The position numbers and the translations under genes are program-made. A DNA stretch of 61,863 nucleotides, filler included, from Basidiobolus meristosporus CBS 931.73 (lineage: Eukaryota; Fungi; Basidiobolomycota): NCBI GenBank assembly GCA_002104905.1. It is 3 parts of 3 records of this genome, joined end to end, with 100 filler letters (N's around TTAATTAATTAA, not from the genome) between each part and the next. Parts side by side here need not be neighbours in the genome. Positions count along the whole stretch, not along the records: positions 24,863 to 53,625 come from MCFE01000877.1; positions 53,726 to 61,863 come from MCFE01001343.1; 1 more part is not named here. One strand, 5' to 3'. The notes below the pieces were generated by a model. That model did no database searches and was not told the DNA's origin. It saw only the letters and a program-made list of their open reading frames with translations. Shown in pieces: positions 45,998 to 56,885 of this stretch; position 1 is the stretch's first letter, and each line of letters begins with the position of its first letter.

Positions 45998-47586
45998 TGA
46001 CAGCACTCAGGGGGGGAGTGCTGCTCAATATCTGTGACAACAATTTCATCCGGGTTGGGTGCAATATCCATTGCACCAGCTGTTGAAGTGGAAGGCTCTT
46101 CTACATGTGGGCTAGGTGATATGGGAATGCTACATTCATTGCATAGGTCAGCTAAGTACTGCTTATACTGGGAGTTATTTGACAAGGTGTAAGATTGCTG
46201 AATTCGCTTCATATATGCCATTTTCACTTTCTGCGCCACTTCTGCAGAAGCATTAGGATCTAATGGCTCTGAGGGGTTCACCTTTGAGAGCAGTGACAGG
46301 AAGGGATACTTGCGCATATGAGTAACAAAAGATTGAGCATATGAGGCAGACAGTGTAAATTCCACAGTACTTTTTCCAATAAAGTCAACACTCCATATTT
46401 TGGAGAGTTGGAACCGCAATGCATATAAAATAGACTTGACATCCCTAATGGGCTGTTGCTGTATCCCCTGAAGATAAATTTGGCAGCATTGATGCCTTAC
46501 TTCAGCTCTTGTAGTGGTAAATGGAGGCTTTGCTCCAACACATTTCCGCATGGCTGCCTCCATTCTTTCCATCTCTGCTTTTGTTCCTGACCTTGCACAT
46601 CTTTTGGCAATCTCTGCAAATGTTGGTCTTTTGGATTTTGCTATACATTTGCTATCAGGCGTTTTTATTTGCAAGTCTTTATTGCTAGCTTCTTGTTGCG
46701 TCCCATCTATGTGGGTTGCTGGCTTTTCCACATGGATTGCATTCTTTAGCATTTGCAATTCCCGCTGTTGGGAATTGCATGTATCCTTTATTTGCGCATT
46801 CTCTTCTACCAGTGACTTTTGTACTGCCAAAGCAGTCTTGTCAAGTGCAGAGCTGCTTTGCAACCCAGAAGAGACGGCTGTTTGCAATCCAAGCAGGTTT
46901 TCAATCAGCAATGTGAGTTTCTCTAGTTTGGAGTCAAATGATTGAAGTTTTACATTGACTGACTTCAAACTGTTTTCTAATATATTGATTTGTGAGTGTG
47001 CACTTGATACAACCTTATCTTCATGTGACGGTGAGTGGGCCTTCCGCCTCTTAGGGTGTTTTGACTGATACACCCTTTCAACACTAAATACATCATTGAC
47101 CTGTATATCACTGGATTTATCATTTGATGAGTAGCCTGAGTACTCCGGCTCTCCAGAGGAGGTAGCAAGAATTGCTGTACTCTCATTATTAATCAGTGTT
47201 ACTTCTGCAGTGGGAAGATTGTTGATCTCTGACGCAGAGCAAGATGCCCATTTTGATTTATGCTGTGTGTTATTTGCAGGCAGTAGGTCTGCTGAGAGAG
47301 AAAGGCATTCGGTCCAGAACTGCAAAGCCTTATATTTTGTGGCACAGTTTTTGCAGCGGAAGCAGCCATAAGTAGCTAAACCACTGCCATTTGAGTCTTT
47401 TGTAAACCCATAACCTGGACCACATTTTAGACAAGTAGCATTGTGTGGATTACTCCTATAGTATGCCAGCGCAGATTTACTTGGCTCCATTTCCCAGTAC
47501 CACCCTCTGGCAGGGGAAGTTATAGAAGTGTTAGGGGAACTAGTAGCCGTATTAGAATTGTGATTATTTTCTGATGGTAAAGTCAT
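45994..47586 (-). CDS. LINE ORF1 (530 aa): CxxC/CxxC motif, coiled coil, C-terminal RRM-like region
   Basis: CLKC...CFRCKNC; heptad-rich LENSLKSVNVKLQSFDSKLEKL; QIYLQGI...FIGKSTVEF. Directly upstream of ORF2. Confidence 0.85.
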   Translation of the reverse strand: MTLPSENNHNSNTATSSPNTSITSPARGWYWEMEPSKSALAYYRSNPHNATCLKCGPGYGFTKDSNGSGLATYGCFRCKNCATKYKALQFWTECLSLSADLLPANNTQHKSKWASCSASEINNLPTAEVTLINNESTAILATSSGEPEYSGYSSNDKSSDIQVNDVFSVERVYQSKHPKRRKAHSPSHEDKVVSSAHSQINILENSLKSVNVKLQSFDSKLEKLTLLIENLLGLQTAVSSGLQSSSALDKTALAVQKSLVEENAQIKDTCNSQQRELQMLKNAIHVEKPATHIDGTQQEASNKDLQIKTPDSKCIAKSKRPTFAEIAKRCARSGTKAEMERMEAAMRKCVGAKPPFTTTRAEVRHQCCQIYLQGIQQQPIRDVKSILYALRFQLSKIWSVDFIGKSTVEFTLSASYAQSFVTHMRKYPFLSLLSKVNPSEPLDPNASAEVAQKVKMAYMKRIQQSYTLSNNSQYKQYLADLCNECSIPISPSPHVEEPSTSTAGAMDIAPNPDEIVVTDIEQHSPPECCQ

Positions 47587-47730
47587 GATTGCATTAAACT
47601 GGCGGTAGTTGCAGCTTTTATAGCAACTAAAACATATGGTGACGTATTCTTGAGAGCATTTGAAGTGAAGGCTGTTTCACTTGAATTGGAACATGCTGCA
47701 CTGGCTTATTACAACTGGTCACAGGCAAGG

Positions 47731-48173
47731 ACATTTAATATAAGACATAACTAACGGTTTTGGGGAGTTGGTGCGCATTTGTGTAAGGTGCTAGTAGTAG
47801 GTGAAATATAGTTTTGATGAAGCTTTGGTATATCACGGCACCACGCGGTAGTAAAGCAAACCAAGATATTATGACAACAACATTTAACACAAGACATAAC
47901 TAAAGGTTTTGGGGAGTTGGTACACATTTGTGTATGGCACTAGTAGTAGGTGGAATGTAGTTTTGATGAAGCTTTGGTATATCATGGCACCACGCGGTAG
48001 TAAAGCAAACCAAGATTTTATGACAACAACATTTAACACAAGACATAACTAAAGGTTTTGGGGAGTTGGTACGCATTTGTGTATGGCACTAGTAGTAGGT
48101 GGAATGTAGTTTTGATGAAGCTTTGGGATATCTTGACACCACGCGGTAGTAAAGCAAACCAAGATTTCATGAC
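47731..48173. repeat. Three tandem 149-bp monomers in the LINE 5' UTR
   Basis: ACATTTAA units start at 47731, 47880 and 48029. Confidence 0.9.
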
Positions 48174-48259
48174 AGGCTATGCAGTAGTTAAGCTCAGTGG
48201 CTCTCCACCTCCTCTGGAAATAGCTACGACAAACCATCTGTGGGTGTTGGAAGCCTGAT

Positions 48260-48975
48260 CTTATCCAACTATGGTTCTTGGAAGAATGCAAGAATTGCGA
48301 CAATCAATGCTTACTGTTGAGATTGAAATCTCCCCTAATCAATGCACCCAATATGTTGATGGCACATCATGACGCGTTTTGTTCTTGGTTCAGGAAGAAT
48401 GGCTCTCATTGGGTTCAGTTTGTTCCCGCTGCTGGTGATGAGCACCATGGCCAGCGCCTCTTCCTCACCATCCACTTGTCTAGTACAGTCAATGATAACA
48501 CTTGAAGGCACCCTGGATCTTGAGCTGTTCAAGGATTCCTGGAAGAAGACTGCCCAACAGTATCTCTCATCCGTGTATATGATAATGACCTTCAGTAAAT
48601 CTTAGATATGTAAACATGATTTACAAAGCGTAAATCAGCAACAACTGTGGGACTATCTTGAGTACTCTTGCCACCCGCAATCTTCCAAACACTTAGTAAA
48701 CCCTCTGACGCTGATCTTGGGGGGAGAATCATTCCCAGCATCACTAATTCATAGCCTGCAACCGTTGATCCCAAACAGCCGTATTGTGAATGACTATGAG
48801 CCAACGGAAGCAACAGTGAGCTCGCTGACATGGGGACGTAGTACCAAAGTGTAATTGACTGCCAGTTCCCCTAGGAGCGGCTGGAGAGTTGTACATTGGC
48901 GGAGTTGGAGTGGCAAGATCCATTTTCAGGTGAGCAAGATGCAAGAATGTACAAGGCAGGCAATGTTGCTTTCCT
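48260..48975 (+). pseudogene. Collapsed NRPS relic (E/C-domain, C-domain and A-domain fragments)
   Basis: LIQLWF...NQCLLL...AHHDAF (HHDA 48365-48376); LEGTLDLELFKDSWKK; LILGGE (48711); IVNDYEPTEATV; PVPLGAAGELYIGGVGVAR (48862-48918); RMYKAGN. Separated by large deletions. Confidence 0.85.
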
Positions 48976-49029
48976 TAGTCAAGTCAAGGTTCATATTCTT
49001 TAGCATGTCAGTGTTTTGTTATGGGATTC

Positions 49030-49340
49030 TTCAATGCCAACAATGAACCATTAATGTCATATGCACCAACATATTATCACTATTGTCCCCAGACGCCTAC
49101 CCATTGTTAGACAATGCTCAGGCATATTCCGCACAGAACACACAGGTGCATTTTGACAAGAATCAGTATGACCAGGTGCACCAAGTAGATCAAACTTTGT
49201 ACCAACCATCTACGCCAACATTTGTGCAATTTTTTACTCCCGATGAGGATGACACTCAAGACTCGAGTGACGACAACGGATCATTGGATTTGACACGCAC
49301 CGCATTCTCCTTACATTATCATGTATCCTACCCTCTATAA
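49030..49340 (+). pseudogene. 5'-truncated paralog of the small secreted VDQTLYQP family
   Basis: SPDAYPLLDNAQ..SAQN...NQYDQVHQVDQTLYQPSTPT.VQ..TPDEDDTQD matches 51706-52008. Confidence 0.7.
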
Positions 49341-49682
49341 TAGCTGGCCCTAGCTTGGGGTGACAATACACTCAAGGAGACCCGATTTCCCCACATAAAT
49401 TGAATAAGCTACTCATTACCTTCATGACGTTTCTTACCCTTCGCCTGGATTGGTTGCTAGCAAGGCCCAAGACCAATGAATGTACGCATCTTTGAGTACA
49501 ACTGAGCTCATTGCTTGGGTATATATAGCATGAGAACCATTATAACATGGTTACAACCTTGATGGTAGCAATAGTTAGTTAACTTTGATGAACTCACACT
49601 GTATCTGATTGAAAATTGGCATTCTCTCTACCATCATCGGCTCAATCGCATTGATATCGCGTAGTCTACATGATTACAGTAT

Positions 49683-49729
49683 GATAAATACACGGATAAA
49701 TACACGGATAAATACACGGATAAATACAC
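49683..49729. repeat. 12-bp tandem repeat (GATAAATACACG)x4
   Basis: Read directly from the sequence. Confidence 0.9.
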
Positions 49730-49913
49730 CAATGTATACCCTAATATATACGCATATGCTTTTGATATTTCAGCAGTAGTGTGGTAATTCACGAACCACG
49801 GCTGATGATGTTTCATATTAATATAGGGTGACCAAATGATACATTTATTTAATCAATGTATTGATTCCCACTGAAATATCTGATCTTGATGTGCCGACCT
49901 CTTGTACTTCTTC

Positions 49914-50384
49914 TTAGCTACGGGCGGCTGGCTGGGTGATGATGATCCGGGGCTGTTGCTGCTTAGGCTGATAGAGGGTTTGGTCGACTACCTGCGCTTG
50001 GTCAAACTGATTAGAGTTCGACAGGGCATCAGCATCACTGGATGACTGAGCGTTCACTCTGTCCAACAAGGCCTGTCTTGGTTGCAGGTCGGCTATATTG
50101 AAGTTGGGCATGTTGTAGGATGACTCTGGCTGAGTTGTAGTGCCATCCATCGAGTCTTCACCTTCCCCTTCATCTTCACCCCCATTCTCATCCATATAGT
50201 GATCACCCTCGTCCTGTTCCGGCTAATAGTCATCTGCAGGCAATTAAGTTTCTTGGTAGCAAGGACTTACTTGCTCCCCGCACAAACTGTCACCATAGCT
50301 AACCTGAGAAGAGGTATCTTCTGTGTCAGTGAATGCATGGATGGAAGCAAAGTACAAAGCGAGTAAAGTGAGAGTAAGCTGCAT
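49914..50384 (-). CDS. Small secreted acidic protein, VDQTLYQP family (exons 50384-50271, 50222-49914; 140 aa)
   Basis: Signal-like MQLTLTLLALYFASIHA. A 48-nt GTAAGT...TAG intron joins in frame to PEQDEGDHY...NQFDQAQVVDQTLYQP. The splice model is inferred. Confidence 0.6.
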
Positions 50385-50753
50385 TTTGATGAATAGCGTA
50401 AAACCAGTCGTAAGCTCACTTTATGGTGGTATTTGGCATAGTCTACTATACTACACCCTATATCTGACTCACTTGAGGCCATGAATTCACATTCTATGTC
50501 CTGCTTTTGTTACCCATCAACTAACGACTTGTGAAGATATGAGCCCACAAAGATAAACAAAGGTAGTCCCTTAATCAAGCAATGGTGTTTATTTTGTTCT
50601 ATTGCAATATAGTGTTTCTCCAGTTGTAGGACGTTCATCCTTGGCTCTATTAGTCGATGATCATTATTTCGAACAACCATTTAGATTTTGACATGGTTTA
50701 GTCATTAGCAATCAAGTTAGAGCAAATGGTATGGATGATCGAGGTTTATTGAA

Positions 50754-50897
50754 TTATGTGCAGTTGTTGGTACACTGAGTGTCTTACATAAATTCAGTAT
50801 ACAGCGAGTCCTGCTGAGCACAATCACTGTCACACTGAGCATCTTCCACAGGTTCAGTGTACTGCATATCCTGATCAACGCATCCCTCAGCGTACAA
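50754..50897 (-). pseudogene. Cys/acidic repeat peptide coding fragment, copy 1
   Basis: Reads LYAEGCVDQDMQYTEPVEDAQCDSDCAQQDSLYTEFM*DTQCTNNCT*; homologous to 53479-53625. Confidence 0.5.
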
Positions 50898-51607
50898 TAT
50901 TACTTAGACATTCGAAGTCTCAACAGTTGGCAGAGCTTGGACTTGCAGGTGGCAATTACATGCTCGGTCGGATCATGACGAACTACGATAATGGACTCTT
51001 TTATGGTTGTTTTGGAGCAGCGATGATGGCCAGAAGAAAAGTAAAAAAAGTTGGTGTGATAAATACACATTGATACCCTCAGCAATTACTATTCCCATGA
51101 ATCTATGATTTCAAACTAACACGACACTAGGTTCATGTTTCGACTTAGCTAAGCGGACTTAAGGTGGTTGATGCAAAGCATAATGCAAAATCGTAAATCT
51201 GGCTCAGTATACTATCAATTCATTCATAATCCCATAATACTCATAAAAATAGCCACAAGTTACTATATCACCGGAGTAGCTTAGCGCCCTTCGACAATGA
51301 GATCAAGAACGAAGCCATTCCTGTGTGCTCACCTCAAGTCATTGTCCCTTCACTACCGTGTATGTCATTCCAAAGTGGTACCGCAAGCCCAGAAATGAAG
51401 AGGATTGTTTATTTTTCTTGATGTACTGAAGTGGTTGGCCGCCTGGATTACGGTGTGAATCAACACCTATTCGCTGATGATTGCAATGAAAGTGAAATGC
51501 TGACTAACTCTACTCGCCTTTGCTTCATAATTTAGTAAGCTGGGTTTGGTTGCTGATGAATCTAGCAAAGCAACTGTTTGCCTTGCAGTGTGTCATCCAG
51601 AGCCAAC

Positions 51608-52008
51608 ATGCAACGCACTTTCCACATTCTATCAGCCCTAGTATTCCTATTTGGTGTATCTTATGCATCGCCCATTGCAACGTATGACAACCAGCAAGTA
51701 GACCAATGGACGGCAATGAACCATCAATGTCATACACTCCAACATACTATCAACTAGAGTCCCCAAACGCCTATCCATTGTTGGACAACGCTCAGACAAA
51801 TTCGGCACAGAATGCTCAGGCACTTTCCAACCAGAATCAATTTGAGCAAGTGCAGCAAGTAGATCAGACGTTGTACCAGCCATCTGTGCCAACATATGTA
51901 CAATCAATTACTCCCGATGAGGATGACACTCAAGACGACGACGATCAGTCTTCGTGTAAACGTTGCCAACGACGCCATCGTAAACGTAGATACAGAGGCA
52001 GCTTTTGA
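51608..52008 (+). pseudogene. Small secreted VDQTLYQP family paralog with a frameshift
   Basis: MQRTFHILSALVFLFGVSYA-SPIATYDNQQVDQ, then a segment 13 nt shorter than in the 52588 copy shifts the frame into DGNEPSMSY...VDQTLYQP...CKRCQRRHRKRRYRGSF. Confidence 0.65.
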
Positions 52009-52498
52009 CTCAATCGTAAACACTTATTTGGCATTCACAATCATTCCCATCATATAATCGCTATCTCTGCAAGCTATCCAACACATACATTTCTTCTGCA
52101 AACAAGATTACACCAACTGATACCACGTGACCACAGGGATGAGTGGAATGAGCATCGTGAAGATTCTGGCAATGACTCCTCAAGCAATAGTGTGAATCAT
52201 TTTGGTTTTGTACCCTCCAATTTGCGAGCAATATTGAATAAACTACTAAAATGGAATAGTGGTGAGCAATCGTGGTGAGCAATCGTGGTGAGCAATAAAT
52301 CGATGATGGTATTAGCAATGAAGTACGTAGATTGATGATACATAGGTTTAATTGGCTGTGGATTGTTTTTATTGATGATTGGCCACATAGAATAGCTATC
52401 AACTGAGCTTCGGCTGCTGCTGATGGTTGATAAAAACAAAAGCAACTTTTTGCATTCCAGTGTGTAACTAAGAGCCAATATGTGACGTAATTTCCGAA

Positions 52499-52586
52499 TT
52501 TTATCCACGCATTTTAGCCACGCATTTTATCCACGCATTTTAGCCACGCATTTTAGCCACGCATTTTATCCACGCATTTTAGCCAC
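52499..52586. repeat. 13-bp tandem repeat TTTTA(T/G)CCACGCA, ~7 copies
   Basis: Read directly; abuts the signal-peptide region of the 52588 paralog. Confidence 0.9.
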
Positions 52587-52587
52587 C

Positions 52588-52910
52588 TTAGTATTCCTAT
52601 TCGGTGTATCCTATGCATTGCCCATTGCTACGTACGACAACCAATAAGTAGACCAGGGTGTCCAAGTGGACTATGAGACTGAACCATCGATGTCATATGC
52701 GCCGACAGGTTACCAGCTGGAGTCCCCGATCACCTATCCCTAGTTGGACAATGTTGAAACTAATTCCGTACAGAATGCTCGGGCACTTTCCAACCATCTA
52801 CGTCGACATATGTGCAATCATTTACCCCAGACGAGGATGAAAACCAAGACTTGGTTAACCACGATGATCAGCCATCGTGTAGACGTAGATACAGAGACAG
52901 CTATTGATGA
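52588..52910 (+). pseudogene. Small secreted VDQTLYQP family paralog with nonsense mutations
   Basis: LVFLFGVSYALPIATYDNQ*VDQGVQVDYETEPSMSY...YP*LDNVETNSVQNARALSN...QPSCRRRYRDSY*. Confidence 0.65.
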
Positions 52911-53478
52911 GAACAGGTTGTTGGTATTTCTACATTTTATTACTTACATGTAATCGATGTCACACCAGTTTCCCTATTTATGTAGACTATCAAGTACACA
53001 CAATTATTGTGTAAATAAGCTGTCAAATATGAACACTGGAAAAAAAGACACATAAGAGATGTGCCCACAGGGATGGGTGGAACAATGGCGAGTATCAACA
53101 GAGATCGAAGTAAGGGAAAGAGTCGCTTAAGCGCTAATTTGCATAATTATCACACGAATCGCTCGTCTGTGACGCATATTATATGTGCGCTCAGGACACT
53201 CTAGGATGCCCAATCTCCAAATTGAATAAGCCCGGGTTGAGCTTATTAAATAAGCCACCCAATACCTCCAAGCAGTACTTCGATACGTGCACAGCCAAGT
53301 CTTATCAGTTTCTTACCCTTCCCCTGAATTGGTAGCTGGATTTCGGGTCATCGGAAGGAAGTATGGAAATTGGCGTGGTGTTGAGTTTGTCAAACGCTCT
53401 TGTTCCCATGCCGGTAATGGCTATATTTCTGCTATCATATATGAGGCGAAAAATAATGAAACTTTATTGGATTTGGAC

Positions 53479-53625
53479 TTAAGTGCAGTCGTTGGTTCAT
53501 TGAGTGTCTTCCATGGGCTCCGTATACTGTGAATCCTGATTAGCACAGTTATCGTCACATTGAGCATCCTCCATGGGCTCAGAGTACTGTGTATCTTGAT
53601 CAGAGCATCCTTCGATGCATTGGGT
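53479..53625 (-). pseudogene. Cys/acidic repeat peptide coding fragment, copy 2 (5' end lost in the gap)
   Basis: QCIEGCSDQDTQYSEPMEDAQCDDNCANQDSQYTEPMEDTQ*TNDCT*. Confidence 0.5.
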
Positions 53626-53725
53626 NNNNNNNNNNNNNNNNNNNNNNNNNNNNNNNNNNNNNNNNNNNNTTAATTAATTAANNNNNNNNNNNNNNNNNNN
53701 NNNNNNNNNNNNNNNNNNNNNNNNN
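53626..53725. other. Assembly gap with artificial TTAATTAATTAA linker
   Basis: N run with a spacer at 53670-53681. Confidence 0.97.
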
Positions 53726-56700
53726 CTTGGGACCTTCCTAAACCTATTATATGTGCTTATTATGCCAAGACCATGTAAAAGTATAAATACTACTCTTACT
53801 TTCAATAAACTTTTAAGTGAAAATCACATAATCTACTTGTCCTCCCAAACACTTCTAATATCTCCAAGACTCTAACAATGCTTAGCTCTAGCATGAAAAG
53901 TTGGATTTCAGCCTAATATATATGTCCTTGATTATCCTGGAATAAAGTAATAGGCATTTTTTGACATTAGCCCAAGTCTTTAAAAAGCTTCCTTAACCAC
54001 ATTGTTTCTGTTGTAGCTTCACAGGCTGCCATTTATTCTGCCTCTGTGATAGAGAGTGCCAGAGTTGGTTGCTCTCTTGAATTTCATAAAATTTCTCCTT
54101 TACAGCAAAGAAAGGTGTATCCTGTGGTGGATCTTCTGTGTTCAAAATAATGTCCCCAATCAGCATCAGAGTATCCCACAAGATCCTTCTCTGAGTCCTT
54201 ATAAGTGTATCTTAAGCAGATATCAGCTGTTCCTTTTAGGTATCTAAAAATCTGCTTAACTGCTGCAAGATGATCAGAGCCATAGGTCTGATTAGGCTGG
54301 CTGACAACTCCCACTGAATATGAGATATCTGGATGTGTTCCAAGTATGATATACATCAGACTGCCAACTATAGATTGCTAAGGAAAGTCAGGGCTTTCAG
54401 ATGGCACCAAGCTCTCTTGATTTGGTTGAGTTTTGTCCAAGTTAAGGTTTGTCTCCATTGGGGTAGCTGCTGGTTTACAGACTCCCATTTGGTACTTCTT
54501 TAGTTTACCTTGAATATACTTGGATTGGCTTAGGGTGATAGTCTGGGTACTTCTGTCTAGGGAGAACTTTATCCCAAAGTAGTAACTGAGTTCTCCTAGA
54601 TTTGAAATCTTGAGCTAATTAGATAGACTGGATTTAGTCTGTTCCAATGTTTGAGATTATTGATGGCTATAATAAGATTATTCACATAAAGAACTAATAG
54701 AACTAGAATTACTCTATCTGGCTTATAGTACATATTATAGTCAGCACTACTCCTTTTGAAACTCAAAGACTCCAAATATGAATCTATCTTGCAATTCCAG
54801 GCTTTTGGTGATTGTTTGAGACCACATAGGTATTTTTAAGCTTGCAGACCAAATGGGGGTTATCCTGGGTAATCAGCACATCAAGCTGGTCTGTATACTC
54901 ATCCTTGTCAAGTACTCTATTCAAAGTGCAGTTTTTATATCCATTTGATGTATAAAAAACTCATATTTGGCTGCAATAGCCAATATTAATCTGATGGAAA
55001 TAAATTTGGCTACTGGTGCAAAGGTCTCAATATACTCAAGTCCCTTTATTTGAGAGTATTCTTTGGCCACAAATCTTGCTTTGTATCTTTCAATTGTGCC
55101 ATTAGCCTTATATTTTGTCTTAGAGACCCATCTGCATCCAATTGATTTTTGATTGATAGGTAATTTGACCAAGTCCCAAGTTTGATTTTCCATCAGAGCC
55201 TGATATTCCTCAGTCATTGCAGATCTCCAAAACCTTGTCTGAGGGCTATTTAGGGCCTCTTTGAAAGTGTGGTGCTCATGAACATGGACTGAATAGGCAT
55301 AGGCTAAACTTGTTCCCACAATGATTTAGTAATAAGGACTATTTCTTGTCCAGTTGAATCTCCTGGCATTTGATACTGAAACAATCTCTTCTGGGATATT
55401 CCTGGGCACTGATTCTGGCTGTACCATGGTTGTAGAGTCCACTGGAGTGAAAAATTCTCATTGTTTAGCTCTGATACTGTCCTGACAATTGGTGGAGTTG
55501 AGATCAGATTTTTGTCATCATCAGATGTCATTATTTGTGAAAGTTTTGCATTTTCACCAAGCAACACATCCCTGAGCTTGATAAGCTTCTTTGCTTTGGC
55601 ATTGTAGAGTCTGTATGCTTTACTTTCATTGCTGTAGCCCAAATATATGCAATTTAGACTCTTTGGCTCAAACTTTGACTGATTTCTGGGCAGTTTCTTG
55701 GCACATGATGTACACACAAGCTTTCTTAGAAGCTCTATACTTGGCCTGTCTCCATGCCATGCCTCAAATAGAGTAGAATTACAAAGTATTCTGTTATAAC
55801 TCCTATTGTTAAGGTATACAGCAGTGGCAACTGATTCTGCCCAAATATCATAGGATAATTTTTGATTATAGAACATAGATCTTGCCATATCAATTATTGA
55901 TCTATTTGCATGTTTTGTTGCTCTATTTTGCGGTGGGGAGTATGTTACAGTGGTCTCTTGCTTTATCCCATGAATTTTGCAGAAGTGGATGAAGAGTTTT
56001 GAGGTATATTCTCCACCATTGTCAGAGTGTATTTTCATGATATTTTCACTAGTTTCTCTCTCCACCATGACTTTGAACTCCCTGAACTTAGACAGCACTT
56101 CTTCCTTTCACTTCATGAAGTAGACCCATATAAAATCATCAATAAAAGTGATTAAATACTACATCCCACCTGGTGATAAACTTTGCATAGGTCCACACAG
56201 ATCTGAAATGACTGGATCTAATTTTTTCTTAGTTTTGATTAACCCAAAGCTCTTGAATGGTTGTCTAGCTTATTTCCCATATATGCAGGCTTCACAGTGC
56301 TCTAAATCAGCTAGGGGATCAATTTTTGCTCTGGAAATTGGCTGATATTTGATTATTTTGCACAAATAATCTAAATTGATGTGTCCAAATCTTCTGTGTC
56401 AGACCACTGGTGTTTCTTCATTTCAGTTACTGATATCAGCTTCCAGATATGATGGAATATAAGTCAACTTGTATATATTCTGATCTCTGATACCCAAAGC
56501 AACATGGGCACCATTTTGGTTGGTGATCCAGCATCCAGAATTGTCAAAGCTGAAGCTAAGTCCTTCTACAGTGGCCTTGCTCACAGATGGTAGGTACTTG
56601 GCTATTTCTGGTACATAGAGTACTTCTTTAAAGGTCAGTGTATGGCTTCCTTCTTTGCATCTAAGGCTTACTTGGATAGTTCCTTTGCTCACTGCATCAA

Positions 56701-56885
56701 TTGTTCTATTGTCACCCATGAAAACCTTCTTAATTGGCATTTCTTAGGCTTTTTGTGCTGACTATCTCTCTTTTTGAAGCACCAGTCTGCCTTAACTTGG
56801 TCAAAACTCAACCACATCAAGAGAGCTTGATGCCATCCAAAAGCCCTGCCTTTCCTTATTAAACTATGGTCAGGAGTCTGATGTA
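53726..56885 (-). mobile_element. Degenerate Copia internal region (protease-integrase-RT-RNaseH) next to an LTR fragment (53726-53877)
   Basis: ORF pieces 56423-56740, 55304-56098, 54921-55319 and 54084-54356 are colinear with the intact copy, with stops and frameshifts. Confidence 0.9.

Larger units (their letters stand above)
42862..48173 (-). mobile_element. Full-length two-ORF APE-RT non-LTR retrotransposon (LINE family 1)
   Basis: 5' tandem 149-bp repeats, ORF1, ORF2, then 3' AATAAA (42879-42884) followed by AAAAGCCTAACCCT. No TSD found. Confidence 0.9.

Noticed and set aside
52499-52586. TTATCCAC DnaA-box-like motifs in 13-mers (oriC-like)
   Set aside because: Simple slippage repeat in fungal DNA, 8/9 match only, and no bacterial context.
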